This document shows, piece after piece, positions 22,261 through 33,740 of a DNA stretch of 64,000 nucleotides. The stretch's first letter is position 1; every line of letters starts with the position of its first letter. Source of the stretch: Selaginella moellendorffii (taxonomy: Eukaryota > Plantae > Lycopodiophyta); NCBI RefSeq assembly GCF_000143415.4, contig NW_003314275.1, forward strand, positions 2,546,908 to 2,610,907, written 5' to 3'. A program made the translations under genes and the position numbers. The notes beneath the pieces are model-generated. The model was not told the origin of the DNA. It worked only from the letters and a program-made list of their open reading frames with translations, and did not search any database.

Positions 22261-22838
22261 TTCACATGTGTGAGCAATTGAAGTGCTTAGAGCTCGTTAG
22301 ATATTTAAGATCATGCTTCCTAGTTCTGCAAAGTCGTCCTCTAGTTCATTGCTGCTTTTAAAAACATGCTGCGAGTAGCTTGCGCGTGAGAGCTATGATC
22401 AAGTCAGGCTCCATCTCGGACTACCCCGCTTTGGCCATTTGGTTGCTCAACTCGTGCCTTTTCTTCACCCTGTAGTGTGTTATTTTTGGGGTTTAGATAT
22501 TGCCTTGCACATTCAAATGCTCGGCTCTGCTCTTCCACGCCACGCACTAGAGAAAACTGTTGCAATCTGAAGACTCCAGCACCGCCACAGCTCAGGGACA
22601 TCTTGGATCCTGGCACTCGGGATCAGACAAGAATTTAGTGTAGATGAATGGTGGTAAAAGCGAAAATCCTTTGAAACTTACACCATCTTCGAAGTTTTTT
22701 TTCCCCGGATAACAAATTAGACAGCCTTTTCTCATCAACAAATTTTTCGACACTAGCAAGGTCCATCCCAGATTGAAACTCTGCAAAGCCCAAATACTTA
22801 CTGCCAAGAGTTTCAACATAATATCATATTATCAGTAG

Positions 22839-23001
22839 NNNNNNNNNNNNNNNNNNNNNNNNNNNNNNNNNNNNNNNNNNNNNNNNNNNNNNNNNNNNNN
22901 NNNNNNNNNNNNNNNNNNNNNNNNNNNNNNNNNNNNNNNNNNNNNNNNNNNNNNNNNNNNNNNNNNNNNNNNNNNNNNNNNNNNNNNNNNNNNNNNNNNN
23001 N
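22839..23001. other. Assembly gap (163 N)
   Basis: Run of N. Confidence 1.
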
Positions 23002-23046
23002 GAGGAGTGATAGAACCTGTAAGCGGAAAAGTATAGTTTTTCGTTC

Positions 23047-23440
23047 TCAGATTTTCTTTACGAGCCTGCTCCAAATCACGAATTTTTTCTTAGCGGTCAG
23101 CACCAGCATCTTTTGGTGCATTGGTTCGCCACAAACGGAGAAGAGAAAAATGTCAAAGTCACATACCTTGTAGCATGCACCACAGCCTCTGCCTTTTGAA
23201 TAGGATGGGCAAGGCAAGGTGGGAAGTTCACCATAGCCACAAGCTACGCCTGAAAATGCGCCTGAAAATGCGCCTGAAAATGCGGGAGACAAGAAAAGCG
23301 AAGGATTTGCTTACATACCGTAAGTTCCAATATCGCTGTGGCAAGGTCACTTTCCAAGTCTGCAGTTGCCAAAACCATTGGTCTCGTTCGAGCAGCTTCC
23401 GGATCGCCCTGGAAACTGGCACGTGTTATAATACAGGCCG
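23047..23440 (-). pseudogene. Expansin/expansin-like (DPBB) gene fragment
   Basis: GVACGYG...YSKGRGCGACYK followed by a GT donor is the expansin N-terminal signature. The rest is missing or lies in the gap. A 12-bp unit (gcctgaaaatgc) is triplicated at the splice acceptor. Confidence 0.55.
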
Positions 23441-23840
23441 TTGATTAAAGGTCTCTAAAGAATTATAAACAAAAAGAAAAATATCTACTCCCTAAAGGTT
23501 CGGTTCTTGGATTGATGAGGTACACCAAGAAGAATGTGAGCTGCCCAGCAGCTTAGCCGATTAAGGGTTGCCCCAATGAGGTGATCACTATGTAGATGCG
23601 CATGTTGTACCACTTGCATCATATTGACAGTAAAGTATGAACAGCAAGATCTAATGAAATTGGAGGATTCTTGGAGATTTCTTCCCTCCGCATGTTTCAT
23701 GCATTACCCTTGTACAGTTAGTCTTAGGCGCATAAAAAACCCACACCCTCGAAGCTTTTGCCTTGTCTTGCCTTGCTCAGCTCTTTTTGCAAGTATCTAG
23801 TTCTAGATCTCTTCAAACTTCTACTAGTCCACATTCTACC

Positions 23841-25328
23841 ATGCAGCTGCTCCAGCTTGATGGCTTTCATCATCTGTTACAGAAGCATATGGGATTCTTA
23901 GATCTCGATCGAAATATAAAGAGCGCTCCTCTGATTCAAACTTTGTCGGAGGATCTTGGCGGAAGAGAGGAGGTAGAAGCTTGGATGCGAGAGTACATTG
24001 CTGGGATCTTCATTCACTACCGCCACCACCGCCCCTTAGGAGGCTACTTCTTCTTCTCACGGATCCAGACCACCTTGTTCCAATGTCCGTGAGAAATGCC
24101 ATCTCCGTCTGGATTTGTTTCTAAATGGTTTTCGTTCAATTTGGATGTTGCAGCTCCAGTGATTCGCAAGGTTCACAACGATTCTGCTCTCGCTGTAAGC
24201 ATCTTGATCGATTGTCGGCGCAAAGCTTTCGATTTATCAGGATTAACGAAACTCCACGACCACGTTTTTCCTGTGTTCTCTCGCAGATCAAAGGCAGAGA
24301 AGTCGCCGGGGATCTAAGCGGGACGTGCCTGTTTCTAGTTGGTGAGTTGACCAGTTCGGCATTTTATCTTTTTCTCTTTTTTCCACTTGCAGGGATGATG
24401 GGCTGCGGCAAAAGTACCGTCGCCAAGGATATCTCAGAGGCGCTCAGCTATGAGTTTCAAGACAGGTTGAAAACAAAATAAATAAAGGAAAAGTGTCACG
24501 TTGTTTTTTTGGTACAGTGACAAGCTTGTCGAGAAGGCCGTCGGCGCTACAGTCGCAAAGATCTTCAGCGATTCCAGCGAGGAGAAATTCCGAGCAGCGG
24601 AGGTTTGTATAGTTCGAATGTCAAGTGGCAAAACATTGAAGCCTCTTCTTCTCTATGGTATAGAGTGAAGCGCTTAATCAATTGTCCGAGACCTCCAACG
24701 TTGTGGTGGCCACGGGCGGTGGCGCGGTTGTAAGAGACGAGAACTGGTAACATGAGTTACATCTAAGGTTTTTTTTTTTTGACTTTTTTTTTTTTGACCA
24801 TGGGATGATTTTTACAGGAGGTATTTGAAGCAAGGGATCACCATTTATTTGGACGTTCCCGTGGAAGCTCTGGCACAACGCGTGGTGGCCGCTGGATTGG
24901 AAAAGCGGCCACTTTTAGTAGCATCAGGGCCGGACAATTCGCCAGGCAACGCTCACGAACAGGTTTTTCTCGTGCTCGATTGTTTGTCATTGTTTCATTG
25001 CAAAAAAATTATAAAAAAATATTTTCAGGCTTTGGCTCGTCTATCAAAGGTGTACGAAGAGAGGAACAAGGCCTACGAGAGGGCTGATCTTAAGATCAGC
25101 GTGGCAAGTATGTTCATAGCTTGTTTTTTTGTTTCATTCTTACAAAACGATTGTTTGGGTCCAGAAATTGCGAGTGAGCTAGGTAGAGACTTGAACGAGC
25201 TGCCCCCATCGATGATTGCTCTCAAGGCAAGTTAATCCCCACAAATTCCTTGTTCTTGAAAGATTTCTATAACATTGATCTCTATTCAGGTGTTAGAAGA
25301 AACGCAAAGGCTCATTAATCGCCATTGA
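23841..25328 (+). CDS. SK: Shikimate kinase (copy 2); 5' end uncertain
   Basis: KGREVAGDLSGTCLFLVGMMGCGKSTV, QDSDKLVE, FRAAE, VVATGGGAVVRDENW, ITIYLDVPVEALAQR, RPLL. Ends VLEETQRLINRH*. Exon structure parallels copy 1. No clean start codon was identified. Confidence 0.85.
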
Positions 25329-25465
25329 AGAGCACCCATCAAATTATTCTTGGCATATCCAATAATGGCCGTTGCATTTTTGCAATAATGGCCGTTAGAT
25401 GTGAGAGATCCAGCGGTTGAGATTAAGTGAGACTAAGAAAACTCTTTTACCCCTTTGAGAATGTA

Positions 25466-28400
25466 ATGCCATGGCTCCTCCGCATTCGCAATCTATGCAC
25501 TCTCGTCTCCGGCGATGCGGTCGGCGATCGCGCCCGCGATCGCGATGTCCAGCTCCTCGTCTCGCAGATCCGAGCTTGCGGCATGGCGGGGAGCCTGGCG
25601 CGGGGCAAGAGCATCCACGCCCACATCCTCCACACCCGGCCGGAGCTCTCGCGGGACCGATACCTCGCCAATTTCCTCATCCAGATGTATGGGCGATGCG
25701 GCAGCGTGGAGGACGCGCGCTCCGCCTTCGATCGCATCCAAGAACCCAACGTCTTTTCCTGGGGCGTCTTGATCGTGGCATATGCCCACAATGGGCATAT
25801 GCGCGAGGCGAAGAGATCGTTTGATTCCTCGCCCCAGCGCAACGTTTTTCTCTGGAACTCGACTATCTCGGGGTTCGCACAGTGCGGCCACATCCAGGAA
25901 TCGCGAGCAATCTTTGAAAGGATCCCGGCGCGCGATGCTTGCTCGTGGAACTCGGTCGTCCAGGCGTATGCCCAGATCGGGGATCTTGCCCGGGCGAGCG
26001 AGCTGCTGGATCGAATGCCGCAAAAGGATCTCATTTCTTGCAATGCGATGATCGCGGCCTACGCCCATGGAGGAGAAGTCTGGCGATCAAAAGAGGTTTT
26101 TGATGTGATGGAGAGGAGGGAAGTGGTGTCGTGGAACAGCCTCATGTCTGGGTTTGCACAGAACAAGTATTACAAGGAAGGAAAACTCGTGTTTGATCTC
26201 ATGCCCGCGTGGAGCATCGTTTCGTGGACGGCTCTGATCCAGTTCTTTGCCAGGAACGGGAATCTCGAGGAATCAAAATATACTTTCGATAGAATGCCCG
26301 AGAGGAATCAAACTTCGTGGAATGCAGTTATGTCGGCGTATGCGCAGAACGGGTGCTTGGAATATGCTCTAAAGATTCTCGAGAAGATGCCCGAGCAAGA
26401 CGTGGTGTCCAAGAACACGCAGTTGTCAGTATATGCCCAATCGGGGCATCTAGAGAGAGTAAAAAGGCTTTTTGATTCAATGGATTGCGATAACCCTCTC
26501 ACGCTAAGCACAATTCTTCACGCGTACGGAGACGCACGTAACTTTGATGCTATGAAGAAAATATTTGAGAAGAGGTCGTACAGGAATCGAATTACGTGGA
26601 CAGCCATGGTGACGGCATACGCCTCAAATGGGCATATCCCGGAATCGAAGAGAATGTTCGACAAGATGCCCGAGCATGGAATCCTCGCTTGTAATTCCAT
26701 GCTGGCTGCTTATTCTCAGGAAGGTCATCTCAAAGAAGCCAAGGAGACATTTGATAGAATGCGCGAGCACAATGTGGTTTCGTGGACGAGCATGGTTCAA
26801 GCCTACGCTCAAAACAAGCACTTGGACGAGGCAAAAGCCACTTTCGATCAAATGCCCGACAAGGATTCCATCTCTTGGACAAACATGATCACGGCTTACA
26901 CGCAGTGTGGTTGCCTGGACGAAGCTAAAGCAATGTTTGAGGATATGAGAAACCGGGGGATTTACTCGTGGACGGCCATGCTCACTGGCTATGCTCAAAG
27001 CTCCAACTTGAGTGTTGCGAGGAGAGTTTTCGATCGAGTTCCACAGCGAAATGTTGTGACTTGGAACGCGATGATCAGTGCGTACTCGCAGGGTGGTCAT
27101 GTTGCTGATTCTCGTCTGCTGTTCGAGCAAATGGTGGATCGCAACATCGTGTCTTGGAACGCATTGATCTCTGGATATGCGCAAAATGGCTTCGTAGCCG
27201 AATCGAGGAAGGTTTTTGAGCTCATGCCCGAGCAGGACATGGTAACTTGGTCGAGCATGGTGGCGGCTTACGGCCAAAGTGGTCATATCGAGGAGGCCGA
27301 GCAAGTGTTTCATCGCCTCCCGGAGCACGACACCATCTCTCTCACGACCATGGTTGCTGCTTACGGCCAAAACCTGTGCCTCGGCAAAGCAAAATGTCTT
27401 TTTGATGGGATTCCCAGGCAGGACTTGATCGCTTGCAACGCGATGATCGCTGCCTACACCCAGAACGGCTGCCTGGAGCAAGCAAAATCCATGTTTGATC
27501 GCATGACCGTGCTGAGCTCCTTCACCTGGAACGCTATAATCTCGGCTTACGCTCACTCGGGCCAAGGCAAGGCCGCCATCGAGCTCTTCAAGCAGATGTG
27601 TCTTGGAGGCGAGCAAATGGACGAGATTTGCTTCGTGAGCGTCCTCACGGCATGTAGCCGAGTCGGGCTCCTCGGCGAGGGGCTGAAGTATTTCCTCGTC
27701 ATGCGCGGCGACTACAAACTTAAGCCGGCTGGCGAGCACTACTGCTGCATGGTCGACGTTCTTGGAAGATCCGGGCTCTTAGAAGAGGCCGAGGAGCTTA
27801 TCTACGAAATGCCTTTCCTTCCAAACGTTGTGGCATGGGCGACTCTGCTGGGAGCTTGCAAGATCTATCGAGACGTGAAGCGAGCCGAGAGAGCTGTGGA
27901 TAGATACTCGGAGCTCGATCCAGATAGCATCACTCCGTTCGTGCTGCTGGCCAACATTTACGCTGCTGCCGGCATGGAGGCCGAGGAAGCGAGCGTGAGA
28001 AAGAAGATCAGGGACAAGAAGGCGAAGAACTTTAGAAATCCCGGGTGGCAGAAGGTTCCCGGGATAAGTTTGATCGAGGTGGACAACCGGGTGCACAGAT
28101 TCATAGCGGGCGATAACGAGCATCCCAGGATCGAGGAGATTCGCAGCGAGCTCGAGAAACTTCACTGCGCGATGAAAGAAGCTGGTTATGTTCCAGACAC
28201 GCGGGAAGTTCTTCACGATGTTGACGAAGAACACAAAGAGGGGATTTTGAGTCACCACAGCGAGAAGCTGGCCATTGCGTTTGGGCTCATGTCGTTGGAT
28301 GATCGTTGCAAAGAGCCAGTTCGAGTTGTCAAGAACTTGCGAGTGTGCCTGGATTGTCACACCGCTACCAAGTTTATCTCCAAGATCACGGGAAGGAGGA

Positions 28401-28471
28401 TCATTGTCCGTGATGCAAACCGGTTCCACGAGTTTGACAACGGGACATGCTCGTGCCAAGATTTTTGGTAG
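25466..28471 (+). CDS. PLS-E-DYW PPR protein (organellar C-to-U RNA editing factor)
   Basis: About 1000-aa intronless ORF with many PPR motifs, PG box KVPGISLIEV, GYVPDT, HSEKLA (HxE), KNLRVCLDCH (CxxC), terminal CSCQDFW. Confidence 0.96.
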   Translation: MPWLLRIRNLCTLVSGDAVGDRARDRDVQLLVSQIRACGMAGSLARGKSIHAHILHTRPELSRDRYLANFLIQMYGRCGSVEDARSAFDRIQEPNVFSWGVLIVAYAHNGHMREAKRSFDSSPQRNVFLWNSTISGFAQCGHIQESRAIFERIPARDACSWNSVVQAYAQIGDLARASELLDRMPQKDLISCNAMIAAYAHGGEVWRSKEVFDVMERREVVSWNSLMSGFAQNKYYKEGKLVFDLMPAWSIVSWTALIQFFARNGNLEESKYTFDRMPERNQTSWNAVMSAYAQNGCLEYALKILEKMPEQDVVSKNTQLSVYAQSGHLERVKRLFDSMDCDNPLTLSTILHAYGDARNFDAMKKIFEKRSYRNRITWTAMVTAYASNGHIPESKRMFDKMPEHGILACNSMLAAYSQEGHLKEAKETFDRMREHNVVSWTSMVQAYAQNKHLDEAKATFDQMPDKDSISWTNMITAYTQCGCLDEAKAMFEDMRNRGIYSWTAMLTGYAQSSNLSVARRVFDRVPQRNVVTWNAMISAYSQGGHVADSRLLFEQMVDRNIVSWNALISGYAQNGFVAESRKVFELMPEQDMVTWSSMVAAYGQSGHIEEAEQVFHRLPEHDTISLTTMVAAYGQNLCLGKAKCLFDGIPRQDLIACNAMIAAYTQNGCLEQAKSMFDRMTVLSSFTWNAIISAYAHSGQGKAAIELFKQMCLGGEQMDEICFVSVLTACSRVGLLGEGLKYFLVMRGDYKLKPAGEHYCCMVDVLGRSGLLEEAEELIYEMPFLPNVVAWATLLGACKIYRDVKRAERAVDRYSELDPDSITPFVLLANIYAAAGMEAEEASVRKKIRDKKAKNFRNPGWQKVPGISLIEVDNRVHRFIAGDNEHPRIEEIRSELEKLHCAMKEAGYVPDTREVLHDVDEEHKEGILSHHSEKLAIAFGLMSLDDRCKEPVRVVKNLRVCLDCHTATKFISKITGRRIIVRDANRFHEFDNGTCSCQDFW

Positions 28472-29613
28472 GAATTACTAAAAGAATTCGCAATTTTACA
28501 TTCGAATCTCGAAGTGTTTGAGAGCGGGTCTTTGCAACTGTGGATTACTGCTCATGAAAGACAGGATTTCTGATAATTTGTGTCGGAATATTTGTCCTTG
28601 TTAGCTTACAATCCCTCAAGAACAGCATGATCAAAACCACGAAAAACAGGAAAAAAAAAACGATTTTTTTCTTTGCAGGATCGTCCGCACGTCCTGCAAG
28701 AACATGCCATGAAGAGAGCGCGTACTGTGGATGAAAACAAAAGCGGATCGCAGTAGAGTCATAGTGTCAGCCTTTCGTGACTTTGAGCGCTCACCAGATG
28801 TATTCCTTGATCTAGGAGACAAAGAGCGAGTAAAACTCCATGCCAGGCGAAATTGGTCGATCGATTCATCCAAAGAGTAAATTCTCCGCCAGAGATAGAG
28901 AGAAAAAGGTCCATCCATCGATCCAAAGAGTGTAAGTCTCCCAATCTCCTTGCCGGGAATTACTGCTACAGTGTGAGACTGTATCATTCAATGCAAGCCA
29001 GCTCCGTCCACCACCATCGCCATGAATGAAACGCTTTTCTTCCTTTGTTTATTTGTTTACCCCTTCATCATTCCCGTGGAGGAATGTGGTGGCGGTGGGA
29101 AAGAATTCCGCCCCAGAATCCCCGGTGTGGAATTCCGTGGCGGAATCGACGGGTACGATGGATTCTGGGACGGAATGTGGCTATGTGGGGACTCTTTAGC
29201 CGTTGGAAGAAGGGAGGAAGTAACATTCTTTGCCAGCGAATTATACCGCTCTCTTGGTTTTATAGGTCTGGAGGTCGTAGCAAATATTTTGTGTGTCCAT
29301 TCCCGATCGATCGATTGTTAGGGTTCTTGGAGCGCGCGCGCGCGACAGAGGGATCGTCGCGTCGGCCATCGGCGCTGCATTCGAGGTGTGTGTGTGCGTG
29401 TGTCTCCTCGCATTCTAGTTTGGGGCTATTCTCTGGTGAATTCTTGGCTGGACAATCCAGGAGCTCGGCTTTTGTCTGTGGCATTCGATCCGTGTTGACG
29501 AGGATTCTTGCAGGAGGATGCTGCATTGCGTGGTCGAGAAGAGGATTATCTCATTCTTGTGAGCTCCTAGCTGCCGAGGGGGAAAGGCTTGCATTGATCG
29601 CTAGGATAGAGTG

Positions 29614-31552
29614 ATGGCGGTATCGAAGAGCTCTAGCGCGCTGCCACCAGAGCTTATCAGGCTTCTAGACGGCGATGACAACCAGAAAGTCCGAGCTCAC
29701 ACTTACTATATCTTCAATCGGTCTACATTGCGGCATATGAGCCTTCTCAAGGCCTTCTGCCTGTTCGTTTTCCTTCTTGTGACGTAAGTTCTCTTCTTCG
29801 GGAAAATCTTCTCTACACTCTTTTTCTTTTCTTTTCAATGCAGGGCTGCTTACTTCTGGACTGGATCGTTTCCTTCTCATAACAAGCGGACGGATTACAC
29901 AAATCCCGCTTGGTCGGACAAGGTCCAGAAGTCCGCAATGAAAAAGGTGCTGTCCAGTTTCTTAGCTTGGGATGCTTCTTCGTGTGCTAACAATGAGTGT
30001 GACACACAGAGAGGGGAGATGGTTGTGCTAGTCACGGGGGCAGCAGGATTTGTGGGCTCACATGTCTCGCTGGCTTTGCGAGAGCGTGGAGATGGAGTTG
30101 TAGGGCTGGATAACTTTAACAGCTACTATCCAGTGGCGCTGAAACGGGCCCGCGCGAAGAATTTGCTCAAAGACGGAGTGTAAGTAACATGCTCATCGTG
30201 GCTATTGCTCGCTGATTTTGCCGGACAGTTTTGTCGTAGATGGGGATATAAATGATTCGGCATTGCTGGAGAGATTGTTCGCTCTTGTGAAGTTTACACA
30301 TGTCTTGCATCTAGCTGCTCAGGTACGTTCGGCTCGAACTTCTTTGCAGTGAACTAAATTCGGTGGAGTGCAGGCCGGGGTTCGGTATGCTACCCACAAT
30401 CCTTTGGCGTATGTGCACAGCAATGTCAACGGTTTTGTCACATTGTTAGAACAATGCAAGGTGGAGAGCTTTAAAATGCAACGAGGTTTTGTTCTAATTA
30501 TCTGTCTTGACTTTTCTTGCAGAATAGTAATCCGCAACCAGCAATAGTTTTTGCTTCTTCGAGTAGTGTGTATGGTCTCAATGACAAAGTACGACTGTCG
30601 CATCTCAAGCCATTTCCTGACAAAGTCCGGTGCAGGTTCCATTTTCAGAAGGGGATACCACCGACCGACCTGCAAGCCTCTACGCAGCGACGAAGGTAAC
30701 AGGTTTTTCAGTCGTCTTTTCTTCTTTTGCTAATGTCCAGACGTTCTGTCTCGCAGAAGGCGGACGAGGCGCTTGCACACACGTACAATCACATATATGG
30801 CTTATCTATCACTGCGTTGAGGTGAAGCTCACGTTCATTGACTTCATATATAATTTTTTCGACAGGTTCTTCACGGTCTATGGCCCATGGGGCCGTCCCG
30901 ATATGGCGTATTTCTCGTTCACGAGGAACATCGTGGAGGGACATGTAGGTGCCGTTGTCCGTCACTGTGAATCACGCGATCTAAACCGCTTATGTTATAA
31001 CGTGTGTAGCCGATTAGAATATTTCAAGGTCCACATGGGGAGGAGTTGGCCCGCGACTTCACTTTCATCGACGACGTTGTGAAAGGCTGTGTGGCCTCTC
31101 TGGACACGGCGACTCCAAGCACCGGCAGCGGAGGCAGGAAAAACACTGCCGCACAGCACAGAGTTTTCAACCTGGGGAATACGCATCCTGTGAAAGTCGG
31201 CACACTCGTGAGCATTTTGGAGAAACACCTCAACAAAAAGGCAATCAGACAGTAAGCGCCTTGGTGTTGAAGACTTTTATTCCTTCTCTAACTCTTTGAT
31301 TGCAGCATTCAACCGATGCCAAACACCGGAGACGTGATGTATACACATGCTAACGTGACCAAAGCACGCCTGGAGCTGGGGTGAGAATGCTTTCCCTCTG
31401 TTTGACTCACACTCGCGTTTATTTTTTATCTCAGCTACACACCCACGACCAATCTGGAGCTTGGTCTCAAGCACTTTGTGAAATGGTACCAAAATTATTA
31501 CAAGTCGGGAAGCGCGCACGAGGCCAGTATGAGCGGATACAAGCCTTACTGA
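29614..31552 (+). CDS. GAE: UDP-D-glucuronate 4-epimerase, intron-rich
   Basis: N-terminal TM segment, VLVTGAAGFVGSHVS, GLDNFNSYY, HLAAQAGVRYA, FASSSSVYGLN, PASLYAATKK, RFFTVYGPWGRPDMAYF, ARDFTFIDDVVKG, GDVMYTHANV. Confidence 0.94.
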
Positions 31553-31775
31553 GGCAGTTTCTAAACCATACTGTGAGTTATACCATAGTACTAATAGTGT
31601 ATAGATATTGAAACTTCCAGGTGCTTATATGTATCCTAGCACCACCTCTATACTTTTTTTTTTCTGGCGGAAGGTTTCCTCAGAGTGTAATGTAACAATT
31701 CTTTTTATTCATTCAAGTTTGCTTTTCTTCCAGTGTAGGATATTATCGGCGTAAAGATTGGCTTTATGTGAAGCT

Positions 31776-32220
31776 ATGGCGATGGCTGTGCCAGTGCTCC
31801 ATAGGTTCGTTCCATTTCTTCATTCACGCTCAAGGGGTGCAGGGCCTTGCCGTTTTGGAGGACGAGATTGGGCTGCTGCTATTCACAAGCAGAGAGATGT
31901 AGTGGTCTCTTGTGCGCCTTCTTCGCCATCTCCACAGGAAGAAGCTTCAAAAAACAATCAATCTCGGGCTCTACTACCGCCGGTATTCTGTCATTCAGGC
32001 TTCGTATGCGTTCTCATGGCTTGTGTCTCAGGAGGACGCGAGGTACATTGCGAAATTGATCGCTGGATGTGTAGGTGGTGCTATTCTCATCAAGTATGGG
32101 AGCTTGATCGTTCCAGATATTGCAAGACCCAGCATTCTCCAGGCTCTGGCAATGATATTCACTCCTGTTGTGGTGAGCGTGGCTGCTTTGTGGAATGCGA
32201 GCTCTAGAAAGAAGCCATGA
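31776..32220 (+). CDS. Small uncharacterised, probably plastid, membrane protein (2 exons)
   Basis: Transit-peptide-like start MAMAVPVLHRF...VVSCA and two hydrophobic segments (LIAGCVGGAILIKYG; ILQALAMIFTPVVVSVAAL). Confidence 0.65.
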
Positions 32221-32327
32221 TAAGGTCTGTTTTGCAAAGTTCGTTTGTTCTTCTCAGACTGAGCAATCGATGTTTTTTTTTTGTAGATTTGTAAAAGAAA
32301 GTCACCAAAAAAATTCATATGTTTTGT

Positions 32328-33740
32328 TCAAGAGCTCGTGCACACTCTGGATAGAAGCACGAACGCTTCTGCATTTCCCGGGTCAAGCTCCAGCATTTGC
32401 TTCCCAGCGACGCCACCATAGCGTCCAACTTGGTGCACGGAGCTAGCTCCCAGAAGTGCCCTCCACACGGGTCCGTGAGCCTCGAACGGCATGGTGACGC
32501 TCAGCTCCTCCGCCCGGTCCAGCTCTCCAGCTCTCGCAAGCAAGCCCACCATCGCGGAGTAGTGCTCCGGCCGAGCACTCAATCCAAAGTCACCACTCAG
32601 CGACGCAAAGAGCTGCCAGCCCCGGTGGACGAGACCGCCATAGCCGCAAGCGATAAGAGCCGCCAGGAAACACACATCGTTGCTGTCAAGCCCACTGCAA
32701 TTCAGCTCCTGGAAGCTCTCGAGTCCCTGCCTCCAGGCCCCGGCCAGGACGCTAGATTCGATCAAGCAGCTCCAAGAGACCGTGCTCCGCTCGGGCATTC
32801 GGTCGAAAAAGAGTTTCGTCAAGCTCAAGCTTCCGGAAGTGACGAACGCATGCAGAAGGCCCGTCCAGGCGACGACATCCCGCTCCGGCATGGCTCGAAA
32901 CGTTTCCAGCGCTTCCTCGAGGAACCCATTCCGGGCATAGGCGTGAAGCATCGACGTCCATGACTGGAGCGTCAGCTCGGGCATTTGATCGAACAAGCTC
33001 TTGGCTTCCTCAAGATGCCCGCTCAAAGCATAGGCTTGCAGCATTGTCGTCCACGACGCAACGTTATACTCCGGGAAGCTGTCAAAGATTTGCTTGGATC
33101 TGGCAAGATGCCCAAGCTCGGCATAGCAGTGGAGAAGAGCGTTCCAAGATATCAAGCTGGTCTCCGGCATCTTCTCAAAAATTTCATCACAGTTTTGGAG
33201 ATTTCCAAGACGTCCGTACATCGCGATCACTGTGTTCCACGAGACCACATCGTGCTCTGGCATGCAAACGAAGATCTCTTCGGCGAGTCTGATATGCCCA
33301 GATTCGGCATGAGCTGCAAGAAATGCGTTCCAGGAAACCATGTCAAGGACTGGCATCTCCTCTTGGAAGATTTTTGCTCCTTTGCAAATCCCAGCTCTTT
33401 CGAGAAACGAAGTGAGTATGATGTTCCACAAGACAATGCTATGCTCTGGTGCGAACTTGAGAAGCGAGTAAGCTCTCTCTAGATGCCCATTCCTGGCATA
33501 TGCCGAGAGAAGGATACCCCAAGAGAAAACGTTGGGTTGGCTGATTTGATCAAAGACTTGTCTTGCCAGCTCCAGGCTCCCGCACCTTCCGTACGCATCC
33601 ACAAGTAAATTAGCCAAAAACCTGTCCTGCGTGAGTGAGCTACTGGTGATTTGCTTGTGAATTTTGGAAATGTCTGCTATTGCAACGCAATTTTGGAGAT
33701 GATCCGCGAGGAAAATCCTCGCTTGCTCACTCGAGCACAT
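32328..33740 (-). CDS. PLS-class PPR protein, E-type without DYW
   Basis: 470-aa ORF with DRFLANLLVDAYGRCGS, repeated VSWN/SWT motifs, HYSAMVGLLARAG, VWRALLGA. Confidence 0.9.
   Translation of the reverse strand: MCSSEQARIFLADHLQNCVAIADISKIHKQITSSSLTQDRFLANLLVDAYGRCGSLELARQVFDQISQPNVFSWGILLSAYARNGHLERAYSLLKFAPEHSIVLWNIILTSFLERAGICKGAKIFQEEMPVLDMVSWNAFLAAHAESGHIRLAEEIFVCMPEHDVVSWNTVIAMYGRLGNLQNCDEIFEKMPETSLISWNALLHCYAELGHLARSKQIFDSFPEYNVASWTTMLQAYALSGHLEEAKSLFDQMPELTLQSWTSMLHAYARNGFLEEALETFRAMPERDVVAWTGLLHAFVTSGSLSLTKLFFDRMPERSTVSWSCLIESSVLAGAWRQGLESFQELNCSGLDSNDVCFLAALIACGYGGLVHRGWQLFASLSGDFGLSARPEHYSAMVGLLARAGELDRAEELSVTMPFEAHGPVWRALLGASSVHQVGRYGGVAGKQMLELDPGNAEAFVLLSRVCTSS

Noticed and set aside
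11419-28459. Long antisense ORFs over PPR genes (e.g. 11419-12249, 26624-27739)
   Set aside because: Expected shadows of GC-rich intronless coding sequence, with no domain motifs.
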